Of a DNA stretch of 64,000 nt, positions 62,880 through 64,000 are shown in pieces. The stretch is from Myxococcales bacterium (lineage in GTDB: Bacteria > Myxococcota_A > Polyangia > Polyangiales > DASUME01): the NCBI GenBank assembly GCA_047601445.1, contig JASGJH010000001.1, positions 3,776,001 through 3,840,000 of the forward strand. Reading direction: 5' to 3'. Under the pieces are notes generated by a model. It had not been told where the DNA came from. It did not search any database and saw only the letters and a program-made list of their open reading frames with translations. Numbering within the stretch: position 1 is the first letter of the stretch; every line of letters begins with the position of its first letter. Both the position numbers and the translations under genes were made by a program.

Positions 62880-64000
62880 ATGCCCTTGCGCCTTCGTGGT
62901 CTTCTTCCAAGTCTGTTCAGCACTTTCTTGCTCGGAGCGTGCGCCGACGACTCCCACGTCGGGCCACGCGACACGGGTCACCACGGCGACGACGCCGGTG
63001 CACGCGACGGCGGCGAGGATCCGGCCGAGCTTCCCGACGCAGCTGTACCCGATGCGCACGTACCCGCGGATGCCGGGGCCCAATCCGACGCCGCGAGCAA
63101 CGACGATGCGGGTCCATCGGAGGACGATGCGAGCGCTCCCCAGCCGACCTATTGGTACGACGCGAAGAGCGCGGTGGGACTCTCCATCTCGGGCCCCTTG
63201 AGTGATGCCTTCGGAGCCGCTTTTGCAGGCACGCCCGACGGCATCATCCCACCCGTGCGCAACAAGGATCCCTTCGCAGGCGGAATGGCCTACATCAATG
63301 CGGACAAGTCCGCGCGGGCACCGCAGGTGGAGCTCGCCGTGCGCGGCAATTCCAGCTTGCAAGAGTGCGTCTTCCCCAAGCTCAAGGTCTCCTTCGACAA
63401 GCGCGTCGATGCCACGAGCGACCTTTTTTACGACACCAAGAAGGTCAAGATCGGCACCCACTGCGGGGAGGAGGACAGCGTCAACGGCACCATCGGTCGA
63501 CTCCGCAACGAGAAGGCAGCCTGGCGTGAAGAGGTGGCCTACCAGCTGGCGCGCGCGCTCGGCATCACCGTCATGCAAACGCGACCGGCCGTGATCACTT
63601 ACACGGACACGTCGCAGACTTCGTCGTTCGAATCGCCCCTCACCCGCAAGGCATTCCTGCTCGAGCACGTGGACGAGCTCGCGCGCCGATTGGGCGCCAC
63701 GGCCCTCAAAGATCCCATCGACTGCGGCGACAACCCCGACGCGCGCCCCGATGCAACGGCAGTGCTACGCGTGAAGTTCTTCCATGCTCTGATCGGCAAC
63801 TGGGACTGGATGCTCGGCCCACCCGAAACCCACGGCTGCGGCACCCTGATGAACACCGAAGTGCTGGTCCACGGGGATGGCTCGCTCACGCTGGTGCCCG
63901 CCGACTTCGACCTGGCCGCCTTGGTCGTGGGCGAGGTGCGCAATCCAGACACCAACCAGGTGGAGCCCATCGAGGTCGAGAACTCCGCAGCCGCAGCGCG
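62880..64000 (+). CDS. CotH-kinase-like lipoprotein (partial, runs off window end; absent from ORF track)
   Basis: My translation from ATG 62880: lipobox LLGAC, VRGNSSLQECVFPKLKV, THC, REEVAYQL, ALIGNWDW, N...LVPADFDLA. Confidence 0.75.
   Translation, partial: MPLRLRGLLPSLFSTFLLGACADDSHVGPRDTGHHGDDAGARDGGEDPAELPDAAVPDAHVPADAGAQSDAASNDDAGPSEDDASAPQPTYWYDAKSAVGLSISGPLSDAFGAAFAGTPDGIIPPVRNKDPFAGGMAYINADKSARAPQVELAVRGNSSLQECVFPKLKVSFDKRVDATSDLFYDTKKVKIGTHCGEEDSVNGTIGRLRNEKAAWREEVAYQLARALGITVMQTRPAVITYTDTSQTSSFESPLTRKAFLLEHVDELARRLGATALKDPIDCGDNPDARPDATAVLRVKFFHALIGNWDWMLGPPETHGCGTLMNTEVLVHGDGSLTLVPADFDLAALVVGEVRNPDTNQVEPIEVENSAAAA

Overview
High-GC (about two-thirds G+C by eye), gene-dense bacterial chromosome segment. 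It most likely comes from a Myxococcota/Polyangiales-type organism, inferred from many Cys-rich 'DAG'-linker lipoproteins, a Ser/Thr kinase-PEGA/TPR module, unusual ECF sigma factors and an ERG24-type sterol reductase. About 54 CDSs are supported, covering signalling (poly-HAMP hybrid kinase operon, response regulators, AraC/LysR/MocR/XRE regulators, two ECFs), metabolism (rpiA, tam, 2OG-Fe oxygenase operon, LigB dioxygenase, GH5, FAD oxidases) and secreted lipoproteins. I saw no rRNA, tRNA, CRISPR array, transposase or integrase. Main unexplained signals: (1) two inverted copies of a ~250-bp element (21495-21745, 22069-22316), each directly 3' of one of two convergent genes (a pentameric ligand-gated ion channel and a sterol reductase); their closing stems differ in sequence but keep base-pairing, and they enclose a degenerate CTCGAG-like phased array; (2) twin divergent GTAAGA-N14-CACCTA promoters between a Cys-containing ECF with no adjacent anti-sigma and a thioredoxin; (3) paired CTGGAACAG boxes at identical 31-bp spacing near a MocR regulator; (4) an epimerase whose conserved N-terminus begins at ACG, in frame with the upstream LysR amber stop; (5) a di-heme lipoprotein, an ECF-STAS-like fusion and tandem Cys-rich lipoprotein paralogs. 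All product calls come from motif recognition by eye, with no database searches, and refined start codons are my inference.
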